A stretch of 64,000 bases of DNA from Parachlamydiaceae bacterium. GTDB lineage: Bacteria; Chlamydiota; Chlamydiia; Chlamydiales; Parachlamydiaceae. The DNA is taken from assembly GCA_051384485.1 (NCBI GenBank), contig JBPQHD010000014.1, forward strand, positions 126,048-190,047. Direction: 5' to 3'. This document shows, one piece after another, positions 9,463-19,361 of this stretch; positions within the stretch are counted from its first letter, which is position 1; each line of letters begins with the position of its first letter. Below the pieces are notes generated by a model, which saw only the letters and a list, made by a program, of their open reading frames with translations, did not search any database and was not told the origin of the DNA. Position numbers and translations under genes: made by a program.

Positions 9463-9698
9463 TAAGCAAAGATTTTTTAGTTCGTTAGCACACGGGTTGG
9501 CCTCATTACCTCACAGGATTGGTAGATGGTCATCATTTACTCCGAACGGCCATCCATGGAGTAAAACTAAAAGCAGGGGAAGCGAATAGAGAGCACTTCA
9601 CTTAGCAACTTAAATTTTTTTTGATCAATCGCGCTCTTATTTTATTGATTTTACTATAATAGATTTTAGAATGCTATTACTTTAAGAGGCAAGGAAGA

Positions 9699-9727
9699 TT
9701 GAATGAAATCTTTGAGTCTCTTATAAT
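9699..9727 (+). promoter_or_regulatory. Sigma70-type promoter candidate for secA
   Basis: TTGAAT (9699-9704), a 17-nt spacer, then TATAAT (9722-9727), about 30 nt upstream of the secA ATG. Confidence 0.4.
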
Positions 9728-9757
9728 TCATCTATTAAACAATTTTATGGAAACATC

Positions 9758-12700
9758 ATGCTCGGCTTTTTAAAAAAAATATTTGGAACTGCTCAAGACC
9801 GCACCGTGAAAAGATATTTTAAAATCGTCCACCAGGTTAATGAATGGGACGAAAAATTTAAATCCCTAACTGACGATGAACTGAAAGCCAAGACGGATGA
9901 ATTTAAACAACGATATTCTCAAGGTGAAACTCTTGATCAACTTATGCCTGAGGCCTTTGGGGTTGTGAAAAATGTTTGCCGAAGATTAGTTGGCACCGAG
10001 GTCCATGTTTCTGGCTATAACCAACAATGGGATATGATCCCTTATGATGTGCAAATTGTTGGGGCGATTACCCTTTTCAAAGGAGGAATCGCTGAGATGC
10101 AGACAGGTGAAGGTAAGACCCTCACAGCAACTCTTGCCCTTTACCTTCATGCTTTAACAAGTAAGCCTGTTCATCTAATCACCGTGAATGATTACCTCGC
10201 TGAAAGGGATTGTCAATGGGTGGGTACAATTTTAAGATGGCTTGGACTCACTACAGGTGCCCTGACAAGCGAAATTTCCCCCTACGAAAGAAAGAAAATT
10301 TATGATTGCGATGTGGTCTACGGAACGGCTTCTGAATTCGGCTTTGACTATTTGCGCGATAACTCGATGGCCACACGAAAAGAAGAACAGGTGCAGCGTG
10401 GTTTCTATTATGCCATTATCGATGAGGCTGACTCTATCCTCATTGACGACGCTCGTACCCCTCTAATCATTTCCGGTCCTACCTCTGAAAGCAGACAGCT
10501 GTATGATGAGTTAAAGGGAGGAGTCGCGGAATTGGTTGTACGCCAAAGGGACTTTTGTAACCGCCTTGCTACCGAAGCTCGCAAAACTCTAGAAAGTCTC
10601 CCTAAAGAAGGAAAGAAGACAAAAGAGCAAGAAGAGAAAGGAAAAAATGCCCTCCACAAACTGTGGCTGGTCGGTAAGGGAACTCCCCACAACAAAACCT
10701 TAAAAAAGATTAAAGAAGATCCGGACTATCGAGCAGGGATTGATAAGTGGGATCTTTACTACTACGCTGACCAAAATAAAGAGGAAAAGCACCAAGCTCT
10801 TGCAGAACTGTTTATTCTCATTGATGAGAAAAGCAACGAATTTGAGATCACAGACAAAGGCATTCATGCATGGGAAGAGTGTACAGGAGGAAACGGTAGC
10901 TCTGACGACTTTCTCATGTTAGATATTAGCCATGAGTATTTGCTCATTGATCAGGATTCTTCCATAAGCGAGCAAGAGAAAACGGAGCGCAAGCTAGCCA
11001 TTCAAGAAGAAGATCTAAAGAGGAAAGAAAGAGCCCATAACCTAAGGCAATTGTTAAGAGCCCATCTTCTAATGGAAAAAGACATCGATTACATGGTTCA
11101 TGATGACAAGATCATTATCATCGATGAGAATACCGGAAGACCACAGCCTGGAAGAAGATTTGCGGATGGCCTTCATCAAGCGATCGAGGCCAAAGAAAAT
11201 GTTTCCATCCAAAAAGAAACTCAAACGTATGCCACCATTACTCTGCAAAACTTTTTTAGAATGTATGAATGTTTAGCGGGAATGTCTGGTACGGCAAGCA
11301 CGGAGGCTAACGAGCTGAAACAAATTTATAAGCTCGATGTGCTTGAAATCCCTACTCATCGCAAATGTCAGAGACATGACTTCAATGATGAAATTTACAT
11401 GACAGAACGGGAAAAATATAATGCGATTCTAAAAGAGGTCCGTGAGGTCCATGAAAAAGGAAGACCTATCCTCATAGGAACAGAATCGGTAGACGTTTCT
11501 GAGAAACTAGCCAGGATTTTTAAACAAAATAAGCTAGAGCCTACGGTTCTTAACGCTAAGCAACACGAAAAAGAAGCTGAGATTGTCGCCAACGCGGGAA
11601 AGCGAGGCAGTATTACGATTTCTACAAACATGGCAGGCCGCGGAACGGATATTAAGCTAGAGCCAGGTGTCGCTGAACTAGGAGGCCTTCACGTTGTTGG
11701 GACCACGCGTCACCAGTCTCGCCGCATTGATAGACAGCTAAGAGGCCGCTCAGCCAGACAAGGAGACCCAGGAAGCTCTAAGTTCTATGTCTCCTTTGAA
11801 GATTCGCTGATGCGCTTATTTGCGTCTCCAAGGCTTACCTCTATCCTCCAACGCTTTAGACCACCAGAAGGGGAGCCCATCTCAGCTTCGATGCTAAACA
11901 AATCCATCGAAACGGCCCAAAAGCGCATCGAACAAAGAAATTACATGATGCGCAAACATACCCTTGAGTACGATGATGTGATGAACAAGCAAAGACAGGA
12001 AATCTACACCTTTAGAAATGAAATCCTGAGCTCGGAAGACATGGTATCAATAGCCCTCGACCTGTTAGAGAGCAGCATTAGCCAAGCTGCGGAGAAATTT
12101 TTTAAAAGTCGAGGCGATGAGGAGGGTTGGGACCCAGAAGGTTTCCGTCAATGGATGATGCTACAATTCCCCGTTTCTTTTTCAGAGGATGAATTTGATC
12201 GGGATGAGCTTGAGCTAGAAGACATCGAAAAGATTGCCATCGACAAAGTTTCTCAAGCTTTCCATGACAAGGTCGCCCGCGAAGATGCTAAAGCTACCCC
12301 ACTCCAAGAATCAGGCATTAGGCTGCCCCCTAATCCCTCTCAAGAAGCCCTTAGGCACTTGATGATTCGCAAAGTGGACAAATTTTGGCAAGAGCACTTG
12401 CTAGCCATGGACCACTTGAGAACAGATGTTAATCTTAGAGCTGTCGGCAACAGAGATCCTCTCATGGAGTTTAAGCATGAGGCTTTTTCCCTGTTCGATC
12501 AATTAAGCGAAACACTTCGCAATGAAATCGCGCAGACCCTGTTCAAATTTGAGATTATGCTGCCAGCTCCTCAGGAACTCCAGCAGGTATTAAACCAACT
12601 TAACTTGGAAAAAGACCGTTCGTTCCTCTCTGATCTTGAGCAGCCGATTCCCGACCCAGCACCGGTGCTTCCCCCAGAAGAAAAGTTAGTGCCCGTGACC

Positions 12701-12796
12701 GCTCACCCGAAGGTGGGAAGAAATGACCTTTGTCCTTGTGGTAGTGGCAAAAAGTACAAGAAATGTTGTGGGCTTTACCACGAAGACGAAAACTAA
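9758..12796 (+). CDS. secA: Preprotein translocase ATPase SecA
   Basis: 1012 aa. Walker A region MQTGEGKTL, DEADSILIDDARTPLIISG, TNMAGRGTDIKL, and the C-terminal zinc motif CPCGSGKKYKKCCG are present. Confidence 0.97.
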   Translation: MLGFLKKIFGTAQDRTVKRYFKIVHQVNEWDEKFKSLTDDELKAKTDEFKQRYSQGETLDQLMPEAFGVVKNVCRRLVGTEVHVSGYNQQWDMIPYDVQIVGAITLFKGGIAEMQTGEGKTLTATLALYLHALTSKPVHLITVNDYLAERDCQWVGTILRWLGLTTGALTSEISPYERKKIYDCDVVYGTASEFGFDYLRDNSMATRKEEQVQRGFYYAIIDEADSILIDDARTPLIISGPTSESRQLYDELKGGVAELVVRQRDFCNRLATEARKTLESLPKEGKKTKEQEEKGKNALHKLWLVGKGTPHNKTLKKIKEDPDYRAGIDKWDLYYYADQNKEEKHQALAELFILIDEKSNEFEITDKGIHAWEECTGGNGSSDDFLMLDISHEYLLIDQDSSISEQEKTERKLAIQEEDLKRKERAHNLRQLLRAHLLMEKDIDYMVHDDKIIIIDENTGRPQPGRRFADGLHQAIEAKENVSIQKETQTYATITLQNFFRMYECLAGMSGTASTEANELKQIYKLDVLEIPTHRKCQRHDFNDEIYMTEREKYNAILKEVREVHEKGRPILIGTESVDVSEKLARIFKQNKLEPTVLNAKQHEKEAEIVANAGKRGSITISTNMAGRGTDIKLEPGVAELGGLHVVGTTRHQSRRIDRQLRGRSARQGDPGSSKFYVSFEDSLMRLFASPRLTSILQRFRPPEGEPISASMLNKSIETAQKRIEQRNYMMRKHTLEYDDVMNKQRQEIYTFRNEILSSEDMVSIALDLLESSISQAAEKFFKSRGDEEGWDPEGFRQWMMLQFPVSFSEDEFDRDELELEDIEKIAIDKVSQAFHDKVAREDAKATPLQESGIRLPPNPSQEALRHLMIRKVDKFWQEHLLAMDHLRTDVNLRAVGNRDPLMEFKHEAFSLFDQLSETLRNEIAQTLFKFEIMLPAPQELQQVLNQLNLEKDRSFLSDLEQPIPDPAPVLPPEEKLVPVTAHPKVGRNDLCPCGSGKKYKKCCGLYHEDEN

Positions 12797-12807
12797 TGCG
12801 ATGTCAG

Positions 12808-12830
12808 GCTAGAGGATTAAGTCCTCTAGC
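12808..12830. terminator. Bidirectional hairpin between the convergent secA and 12831-13298 genes
   Basis: Perfect 9-bp stem GCTAGAGGA/TCCTCTAGC with a 5-nt loop. Confidence 0.5.
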
Positions 12831-13298
12831 TTACCTATCTTGATCATCCTGCATGCTTAGTAAAAGGTAGCTCCCCAAAATCAGAGAAGGGACCGCGATG
12901 GCTCCATAGACATACCAATATTTGGCATTCCACTTTAAAATTAAAAAACCGTTTTCTTCAAAAAAGAAAAGAACAATAGCAAAAAGCGAGAAAAAAACCC
13001 CAAGGGTTAAGAATAATGAAGAGATAGGGGCACTATGACTTAAAATTTTTTCTTGCAAAAAGCTGTTTCCCTCCTCTTCAACATCCAAGGCTTCCTGATC
13101 TTGCTCATCGATTGTTTCAGAGTTCGCGGTTGGCGTCTCCTCCTCATGTAATGGATAGGGGGCTTTGAGAAGGTCAAGATTGAATCCCTCTTGGTGATCC
13201 GGACTGAGATAAACACCACAGTAGGGACAGTTCTCAATAAACGTAGCCACACTTCCTTCACAATTCCAACATAATTTTTGTTTAACTGGTTTGTTCAT
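12831..13298 (-). CDS. Hypothetical zinc-ribbon membrane protein
   Basis: N-terminal CWNCEGS...CPYCG (CxxC...CxxC), an acidic linker, and two C-terminal hydrophobic helices. Confidence 0.6.
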   Translation of the reverse strand: MNKPVKQKLCWNCEGSVATFIENCPYCGVYLSPDHQEGFNLDLLKAPYPLHEEETPTANSETIDEQDQEALDVEEEGNSFLQEKILSHSAPISSLFLTLGVFFSLFAIVLFFFEENGFLILKWNAKYWYVYGAIAVPSLILGSYLLLSMQDDQDR

Positions 13299-13466
13299 AT
13301 CGATATGGGCCCTATTCTGATCTGTTTAGTGACAGTTTGCTATTTGTGTTTAAATAATGCAAGGTGAAGCCTTTTTCTTTTCAAATCCTTCTCTTCTTTA
13401 TTAGATTTTAATATTTAAGGTGCATTATATTTTTATCATTTTCAATTTAAACAAAAAGAATAATCA

Positions 13467-15218
13467 ATGAACCCATCGTTTGAGTATGATGCCTTTAAAA
13501 CATCGATCCAACTTCTAAGCAAATGGGACCCTAATACCGAGTATATTACCAAAAACCTTACCCGAAAAAAGAAATCTCGCCGAGTAGGAGGATGCTTTGC
13601 CTGCTTATTTAACTTATTCAGACGTTCCAGGGCTGGTGAAGCCACGACTGCAGCATTTCGTCTTGAGCAATACACAAAGACTTTTCGTAAAGAATTAAAA
13701 GCAGATTCTTCTACACTTAGAAAACTGAGAAAGCTCAATCATCGTATCCGTGAGAACCTGGCTCAGGATGTCGGCGTTCACCGCTTACGCAAATCAAGTC
13801 AAAGAAATTACCTCGATTTAGTTTGCCGTTCCATCGACAACCAAATAGAGGATATCCTTCAAACGGATGAAGCGTCATCTTTAAGAGGAAGGGTTTCAGA
13901 GCTTAATCTTTCCTCACACGATTCCACAAGCACTGATGATGATTCCACAAGCACTGATGATTATGTACCGTTTAGCACACTAGAGGAACCACCTAAGGAA
14001 AAAAGAGCAACAAGAGAACTCAACGAGGAATACTACTTACCACAGTTTCGCACACCAAAAGATCTTTGTCGTTTTGTCGACAATGTCTTTACCAATCCTC
14101 ACACGACTCTCGAAGAAGCAGTCGATTGCCTCAAAGCATTAAATACACTTTTAGAGGAAAGAGGAACGATAAAAACTCTCCTACAAAAACAAGCAGGCCA
14201 CGATACTAAATGGCTACATGATGAAAAACTTAAGCCTGGAACTACAACAACAGAAAGCGATCAAATATTAAGGGCGGTGATTCTATTTAAGCAACGTTTT
14301 CCTAAAGCTGAAAGAACGGAAGAGTTTAAAAGAGAATGCACTACCTTTTGCACGACAGTGCGACGCCGGTTTTATGACGATCGAATTAGTATGGATCGAA
14401 AAGAACTCTCCGCTCTTGCAAAAACGATTTACCACAAATTATCCAATGCTCGCAGCCCCCAACAAAGAGAAGACGCTACGACTGTTTTGGAGATCGTAAA
14501 AGAATGGGCACTTAGGAGTGAAAAAGCTAAGCCTATCGGTATTCCTAAATGGTTCCACTGCACGAAACGAACATTTGTAAATGCGCTTGTTAAAACCGGA
14601 TCCGTTGAAGTACGCCACCAAGGAGCTTTTCCAGGGGCTTACGCCTCCTCTGTTCCTGAAATGGGCGATGAGTACAACAGCTATGGGCCTTACTGTTTCG
14701 CTTTAAGCAAACATATAGAAGATCAGGCGTCCTCTTCTTCGCAGCTTCCATTAATTACGAATGTTAATGGAGGCAGTTCCACGCCTCATCAAACACCTAT
14801 TGTTTTAACCAAAGATGCAAAACCCGTTTTGAAAACAGACAGGTATTCTCAAAAACAACCTCCAAAAGTTTGGGCCGGTTTCCAAAAAGATATTATCTTA
14901 AGAAAAATTGAAAAATCAACTAGTCCTCTTGCCTACTATGGGAAGACAACTCTTTGCTTTTTTGCTTTTATCGCTCAAAATAACCATTTGGATTTAGATG
15001 ATCAGAACTGGAATGAACTGAAGAAAGTACGGATTTTGTCGCGCGATCAATTCTCTCTCTTTGTCAATATTATACATCAAACATTTCACTTCACGGTCCC
15101 TGACACTTGGAGAGATGCCAAGGTTCCTACTGGCTGCTTCGGAGTGAGCAATCGTTATGGGGGATACGCTGAAAGGCTTGGGAGTGCGGCAGGTGTTATC
15201 GATCAAAAAGATCTATAA
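13467..15218 (+). CDS. Hypothetical 583-aa protein (orphan; possible effector with an ADP-ribosyltransferase-like core)
   Basis: Long ORF with an ATG start, no TM segment and an acidic S/T/D tandem repeat. The segment WFHCTKRTFVNALVKTG...GAYASSVPEMGDEYNSY is discussed in the findings. Confidence 0.7.
   Translation: MNPSFEYDAFKTSIQLLSKWDPNTEYITKNLTRKKKSRRVGGCFACLFNLFRRSRAGEATTAAFRLEQYTKTFRKELKADSSTLRKLRKLNHRIRENLAQDVGVHRLRKSSQRNYLDLVCRSIDNQIEDILQTDEASSLRGRVSELNLSSHDSTSTDDDSTSTDDYVPFSTLEEPPKEKRATRELNEEYYLPQFRTPKDLCRFVDNVFTNPHTTLEEAVDCLKALNTLLEERGTIKTLLQKQAGHDTKWLHDEKLKPGTTTTESDQILRAVILFKQRFPKAERTEEFKRECTTFCTTVRRRFYDDRISMDRKELSALAKTIYHKLSNARSPQQREDATTVLEIVKEWALRSEKAKPIGIPKWFHCTKRTFVNALVKTGSVEVRHQGAFPGAYASSVPEMGDEYNSYGPYCFALSKHIEDQASSSSQLPLITNVNGGSSTPHQTPIVLTKDAKPVLKTDRYSQKQPPKVWAGFQKDIILRKIEKSTSPLAYYGKTTLCFFAFIAQNNHLDLDDQNWNELKKVRILSRDQFSLFVNIIHQTFHFTVPDTWRDAKVPTGCFGVSNRYGGYAERLGSAAGVIDQKDL
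13920..13961 (+). repeat. Perfect 2 x 21-bp tandem repeat inside the 583-aa ORF
   Basis: GATTCCACAAGCACTGATGAT occurs twice in tandem and encodes DSTSTDD twice. Confidence 0.9.
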
Positions 15219-15362
15219 GCAACTTCATTGAGTTTTTCTGAAGATGACCATTGAGCATCTCCTGCTTGACGTTAACGCCACTTGAGACCTCTTTTTTTTG
15301 CGCTCTAATTCTTTAAGTGCTATTTTAATCTTGTTAATAACATAGATCTCGTACGGGTGCTA

Positions 15363-16760
15363 ATGAAAAAACAAAAATTTGATGTTGTTGTGATCGGAGG
15401 GGGGCCCGGCGGGTATCCAGCTGCAATTCGAGCGGCACAGCTTGGAAAAACCGTTGCATTGATTGAAGCAAACGAGCTTGGGGGCACTTGCCTGAATCGC
15501 GGTTGTATCCCCTCCAAAGCTCTTATTGCTTGTGCTGAAAGGCTAAAACAGGTTAAAGAAGCTGCCGAATTCGGTATCATTGTCAAAGATATTTCTTTTG
15601 ATTACTCCTTCATGGTCCACCGTAAAGACCAAATTGTTACAAGGATTAAAAAAAACCTTGAAGGACTTATTGCCACGAATGGGATCAAGGTGATTAAAGG
15701 CTATGGGAAACTTCTTCCTTCTAAAGAGATTGAAGTCACAGGCCAAGACTCCTGCCTTCTTGAAGCAGAGAAGATCATTATAGCTACAGGCTCTGAACCG
15801 AGAGATATCCCAGCTTTTCCTTTTGATCACGAAAAAATCTTAGACTCGACAGACTTACTCAACCTGAAGACTTTACCTAAAAAACTAGCAATCATTGGCG
15901 GAGGGGTTATTGGCTGTGAATTTGCCTCTCTATTTAATACACTAGGGGTTGAAGTGGCGATCGTGGAAATGCTCCCTTCCATTTTACCGATGGAATGTGA
16001 AAGTGTTGCTTCTTATTTAACAAAATCCTTTAAAAAAAGAGGCATCGCCATCCACACCAATGCCACTGTCGACTGCATTGAGAAAAAAGCCGATGGTGTT
16101 AAAGTTGTGGGAAACAACCTATCCCCGATCGAAGCGGATCTTGCTCTGGTTGCAGTGGGAAGATCCATGAATGTCCGCAATATTGGATTAGAAGAGCTGG
16201 GCATTAAAATTAAAAAAAATAATCTCATCGAAGTGAATGAGTACATGGAAACAACCGTTTCCGGCATTTATGCTATCGGTGATCTTTCCTCAACCTGGTG
16301 GCTTGCTCATGTAGCCACTCACCAGGGCTTAGTCGCCGCTGATCATGCTTGTGGGCGCCAAATTCGCATGAATTACACAGCCGTTCCTTCAGTGATTTTT
16401 ACAGATCCAGAAATCGGCACTGTAGGGTTAAGTATTAAAAAAGCTAAGGAGCAAGGCTACGAGATTTCTATTGGACAATTCCCTTTCCAAGCTCTTGGCA
16501 AATCCCAAGCAATGAATCAAACGGAAGGCTTTGCACAAATCATTGTGGATAAAAAACGAGGACAAATTTTAGGAGCACAAGTCGTTGGCCATGAAGCCTC
16601 GGCTTTAATTGCGGAGCTAACCTTAGCGATTAATAATGAATTAACGATTGAGTGCATCACTGAAACGATTCATGCTCATCCGACGATTGCAGAAAGTTGG
16701 TTAGAAGCTGCTCTACTCGCTGAAGGGCACCCTGTCCACTTTCCGCCCAAGGGTAGATAA
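15363..16760 (+). CDS. lpdA: Dihydrolipoyl dehydrogenase (E3)
   Basis: FAD motif VVIGGGPGGYPAAIRA, redox-active disulfide GGTCLNRGCIPSK, and C-terminal HAHPT are present. I preferred the ATG at 15363 to the GTG at 15357. Confidence 0.9.
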   Translation: MKKQKFDVVVIGGGPGGYPAAIRAAQLGKTVALIEANELGGTCLNRGCIPSKALIACAERLKQVKEAAEFGIIVKDISFDYSFMVHRKDQIVTRIKKNLEGLIATNGIKVIKGYGKLLPSKEIEVTGQDSCLLEAEKIIIATGSEPRDIPAFPFDHEKILDSTDLLNLKTLPKKLAIIGGGVIGCEFASLFNTLGVEVAIVEMLPSILPMECESVASYLTKSFKKRGIAIHTNATVDCIEKKADGVKVVGNNLSPIEADLALVAVGRSMNVRNIGLEELGIKIKKNNLIEVNEYMETTVSGIYAIGDLSSTWWLAHVATHQGLVAADHACGRQIRMNYTAVPSVIFTDPEIGTVGLSIKKAKEQGYEISIGQFPFQALGKSQAMNQTEGFAQIIVDKKRGQILGAQVVGHEASALIAELTLAINNELTIECITETIHAHPTIAESWLEAALLAEGHPVHFPPKGR

Positions 16761-17731
16761 TGGATGAACGCCGCTTTGATCACACACCGAGAGTAAAAAA
16801 GTTGAATGTTCTCCCATCTCATCAAGATACTTCTCGCTTTAATGTTGTAGAAACAGGTCGCTTTCCAAGCTGGCTACATCGCAAATTGCCTAAGGGAAAT
16901 ACTTTATGGGCGACAGACGCGATTTTAGACCAGCAGCGATTAGCAACGGTTTGCGAAGAGGCCAAGTGCCCCAATCGCCTGGAATGTTGGACAAAAAAAA
17001 CAGCGACATTTTTGACGATGGGCAAGGAATGTACCAGGAGTTGTGGCTTTTGCAGTATCCTCCATTCGGCCACCCCTTCACCCCTAGAAAGGGATGAGCC
17101 GATAAGAATCGCCGCTTCTGTAAAAAGCCTCGGCCTTAAACATGTGGTTCTGACGCAAGTGGCTCGAGACGACCTTAGTGATGGTGGCGCATCCCACTTA
17201 GCCTTAATTATTCAGGCGATTAGAAATGAAAACCCCCATGTTACTGTAGAAGTCCTAACATCCGATTTTAATGGCGATCAAGAAGCTTGGAAGACAATTC
17301 TTCAGGCCAAACCCGAAATTTTTAATTATAATATAGAAACAGTAAGAGCGTTGACTCCTCGGGTTCGCCATAAAGCGACCTACGAGCGCACATTAGAGCT
17401 GCTTTCATTCCTTCACCAGAATCGCTACTCTAACCATTTCTTTATTAAGTCAGGTCTAATGGTCGGTTTAGGAGAAGCAAAAGAAGAGGTTTTCCAAACT
17501 CTAGCTGATTTAAAATCAGTTGGCTGCGATGTTGTCACGATTGGTCAGTATCTTCAATCCCACCCTAAAAAGCTAATCGTGAAGCGATTTGTCACCCCGG
17601 AAGAATTTAAAGAATATGAGGAATTTGGCTTCAGTATTGGCATACGTTTCATGTATACTGGCCCCTTTATTCGATCAAGCTATAACGCGGATGAAATCAT
17701 GCAAAAACTTAATAAAGATCAACAGCAATGA
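16760..17731 (+). CDS. lipA: Lipoyl synthase (radical SAM)
   Basis: Auxiliary cluster motif CPNRLECW and radical-SAM motif CTRSCGFC are present. The start overlaps the lpdA stop. Confidence 0.95.
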   Translation: MDERRFDHTPRVKKLNVLPSHQDTSRFNVVETGRFPSWLHRKLPKGNTLWATDAILDQQRLATVCEEAKCPNRLECWTKKTATFLTMGKECTRSCGFCSILHSATPSPLERDEPIRIAASVKSLGLKHVVLTQVARDDLSDGGASHLALIIQAIRNENPHVTVEVLTSDFNGDQEAWKTILQAKPEIFNYNIETVRALTPRVRHKATYERTLELLSFLHQNRYSNHFFIKSGLMVGLGEAKEEVFQTLADLKSVGCDVVTIGQYLQSHPKKLIVKRFVTPEEFKEYEEFGFSIGIRFMYTGPFIRSSYNADEIMQKLNKDQQQ

Positions 17732-18642
17732 CAATAGAAGATGATTACGATAGCTTTTCTCTAGGTGATGCCATGGACAATGCCATTTTGATGCACAGAG
17801 AGGCACACTTTGGTGGCAATTTTAATATCATGATTGATTACTACACCAAAGCAGGCAAAGGTGTCTACGAAGATTTTAGCCTCTCTCGCATTGAACAACT
17901 TGCTAATTACGAGCTGGCCACTCAGCAAAATTTGGCACCTCTTTTACTAACATCACAAGAAGCAGAAAAAATTGCTTTAGCTAAAGAAGCCTACCAAAAA
18001 TTACGCAAAATTTATGAGCTAAAGGATGAGAAAACTTCCCAGCCTAGGCTCATTGCAGATCTCATTCTTAGTGAAGAGGAAGAACCTCTACGTGAAATGG
18101 CAGCCGTCATTAATAAACAGAAGGCTATTGTTCCAGCTCTTTTGGATCTAGTCCGCTCGGAAAATTTTTATGATCCTCTTTTTCCAGGCTATGGAAAAGC
18201 CCCCTATCTAGCAGCTAAGTGTTTAGGACAAATTGGTGATGCAAGTGCGATTATTACCCTCTTTGAATCGATTGGTCGAGGAGATTTTTTTGACGACGAT
18301 ATTAACCTTCATGCATTAAAAGCGATCGGCGAACCGGCTAAGCAATTTTTGCTTAAAGTAATAAAGGGAAAGCCGATGAATGAAGATAATGAGCGAGCCG
18401 CCATTGCGCTTCTAGCCTTTAAGGCAGACCCGGAAATTGCTAATACTTGCTTTGACTTATTACAAACGATCGATTTAAAAAAGGAGCTCCCATTAGCTAC
18501 TTACCTCATTTTAGGCTGTGAAGGTTTACAAGAAGATCGCCGTAAACCATTTGAACAATGGGCCTCCAAATCAACTATTCCAAAAGAGTTGCAAACAGAT
18601 ATTAAGAGTGTGACAAAAGAATGGACCTCCGAGCGCCAATAA
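17728..18642 (+). CDS. Hypothetical HEAT/PBS-lyase-like repeat protein
   Basis: Repeated helical units include PALLDLVRSEN...AAKCLGQIGDASAI and ..HALKAIGEPA. ATGA overlap with lipA. Confidence 0.55.
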   Translation: MTIEDDYDSFSLGDAMDNAILMHREAHFGGNFNIMIDYYTKAGKGVYEDFSLSRIEQLANYELATQQNLAPLLLTSQEAEKIALAKEAYQKLRKIYELKDEKTSQPRLIADLILSEEEEPLREMAAVINKQKAIVPALLDLVRSENFYDPLFPGYGKAPYLAAKCLGQIGDASAIITLFESIGRGDFFDDDINLHALKAIGEPAKQFLLKVIKGKPMNEDNERAAIALLAFKADPEIANTCFDLLQTIDLKKELPLATYLILGCEGLQEDRRKPFEQWASKSTIPKELQTDIKSVTKEWTSERQ

Positions 18643-19286
18643 AGCGTTTAGGCGTCATTGTCCCCTATCGCAACCGAGAGGAACACCTTAAACAGTTTAT
18701 TCCTTACATAAATAATTTCTTATCAGATGTTCCCCATCATATTTATGTCGTCGAGCAGACTGAAGAGAAACCTTTTAACCGAGGATCTCTTTTGAACATC
18801 GGTTTTTTGCAGGCCAAAACTACATGTGATTATGTCTGCTTTCATGATGTTGATATGCTCCCTGTATCAGCAGACTACTCCTACTGCTCTGCTCCTACCC
18901 ACTTAGCTACAAACGTAGAACAGTTTGGATACCAAATGCCCTACTCCCAATATTTCGGCGGGGTTACTCTTTTTAATTCACACGATTTCGCCCTTATCAA
19001 TGGGTACCACAACGGCTATTTTGGCTGGGGCTTAGAAGACGATGACCTGAGATTGCGCTGCTTTTTTCACGGTTTAACAGTCGAGTCAAGGCAAGGAACG
19101 TTCTTATCGCTACCTCATCCCCATGCCGAAGAAACAAATCTTGATACCCGAAGGAACCGCCAGTTGTTTGAACGCTTTTATCGTGGCGATATCACATTGC
19201 TAGCAGATGGCCTTGATTCTCTTCAATTTACTATTCTTCAGGAAATCAGTCTCCCCGATTTCTCGAGAATCTTAGTAAGATTTTAA
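18621..19286 (+). CDS. GT7-type (beta-1,4-galactosyltransferase-like) glycosyltransferase, catalytic domain only
   Basis: FNRGSLLNIGF, metal-binding FHDVDMLP (DVD), YFGGVTLF and FGWGLEDDDL match, in order, the four hallmark motifs of the B4GalT catalytic domain. Confidence 0.75.
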   Translation: MDLRAPIKRLGVIVPYRNREEHLKQFIPYINNFLSDVPHHIYVVEQTEEKPFNRGSLLNIGFLQAKTTCDYVCFHDVDMLPVSADYSYCSAPTHLATNVEQFGYQMPYSQYFGGVTLFNSHDFALINGYHNGYFGWGLEDDDLRLRCFFHGLTVESRQGTFLSLPHPHAEETNLDTRRNRQLFERFYRGDITLLADGLDSLQFTILQEISLPDFSRILVRF

Positions 19287-19361
19287 AAGTAAAAAATTGT
19301 TGCAAGTTTTTTTTATCTAGTTCAATATCCCTTGTTAAATTTAAATGAGATTTGTAATCCA

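Noticed and set aside
7464-9757. I scanned the coding desert and the 295-bp psd-secA spacer for tmRNA, RNase P RNA, SRP RNA and 6S RNA.
   Set aside because: I found no tRNA-like acceptor/T-arm pair with a tag ORF, no GAGGAAAGUCC-type RNase P core and no SRP domain IV motif. I cannot exclude a novel sRNA without covariance-model scans or RNA-seq.
10408-11631. Antisense ORFs inside secA (10408-10695 and 11395-11631, minus strand, plus 10740-10922 in another plus-strand frame).
   Set aside because: They lie completely within a strongly supported secA frame. Their composition is shadow-frame-like (S/R/L-rich), with no RBS or recognisable motifs.
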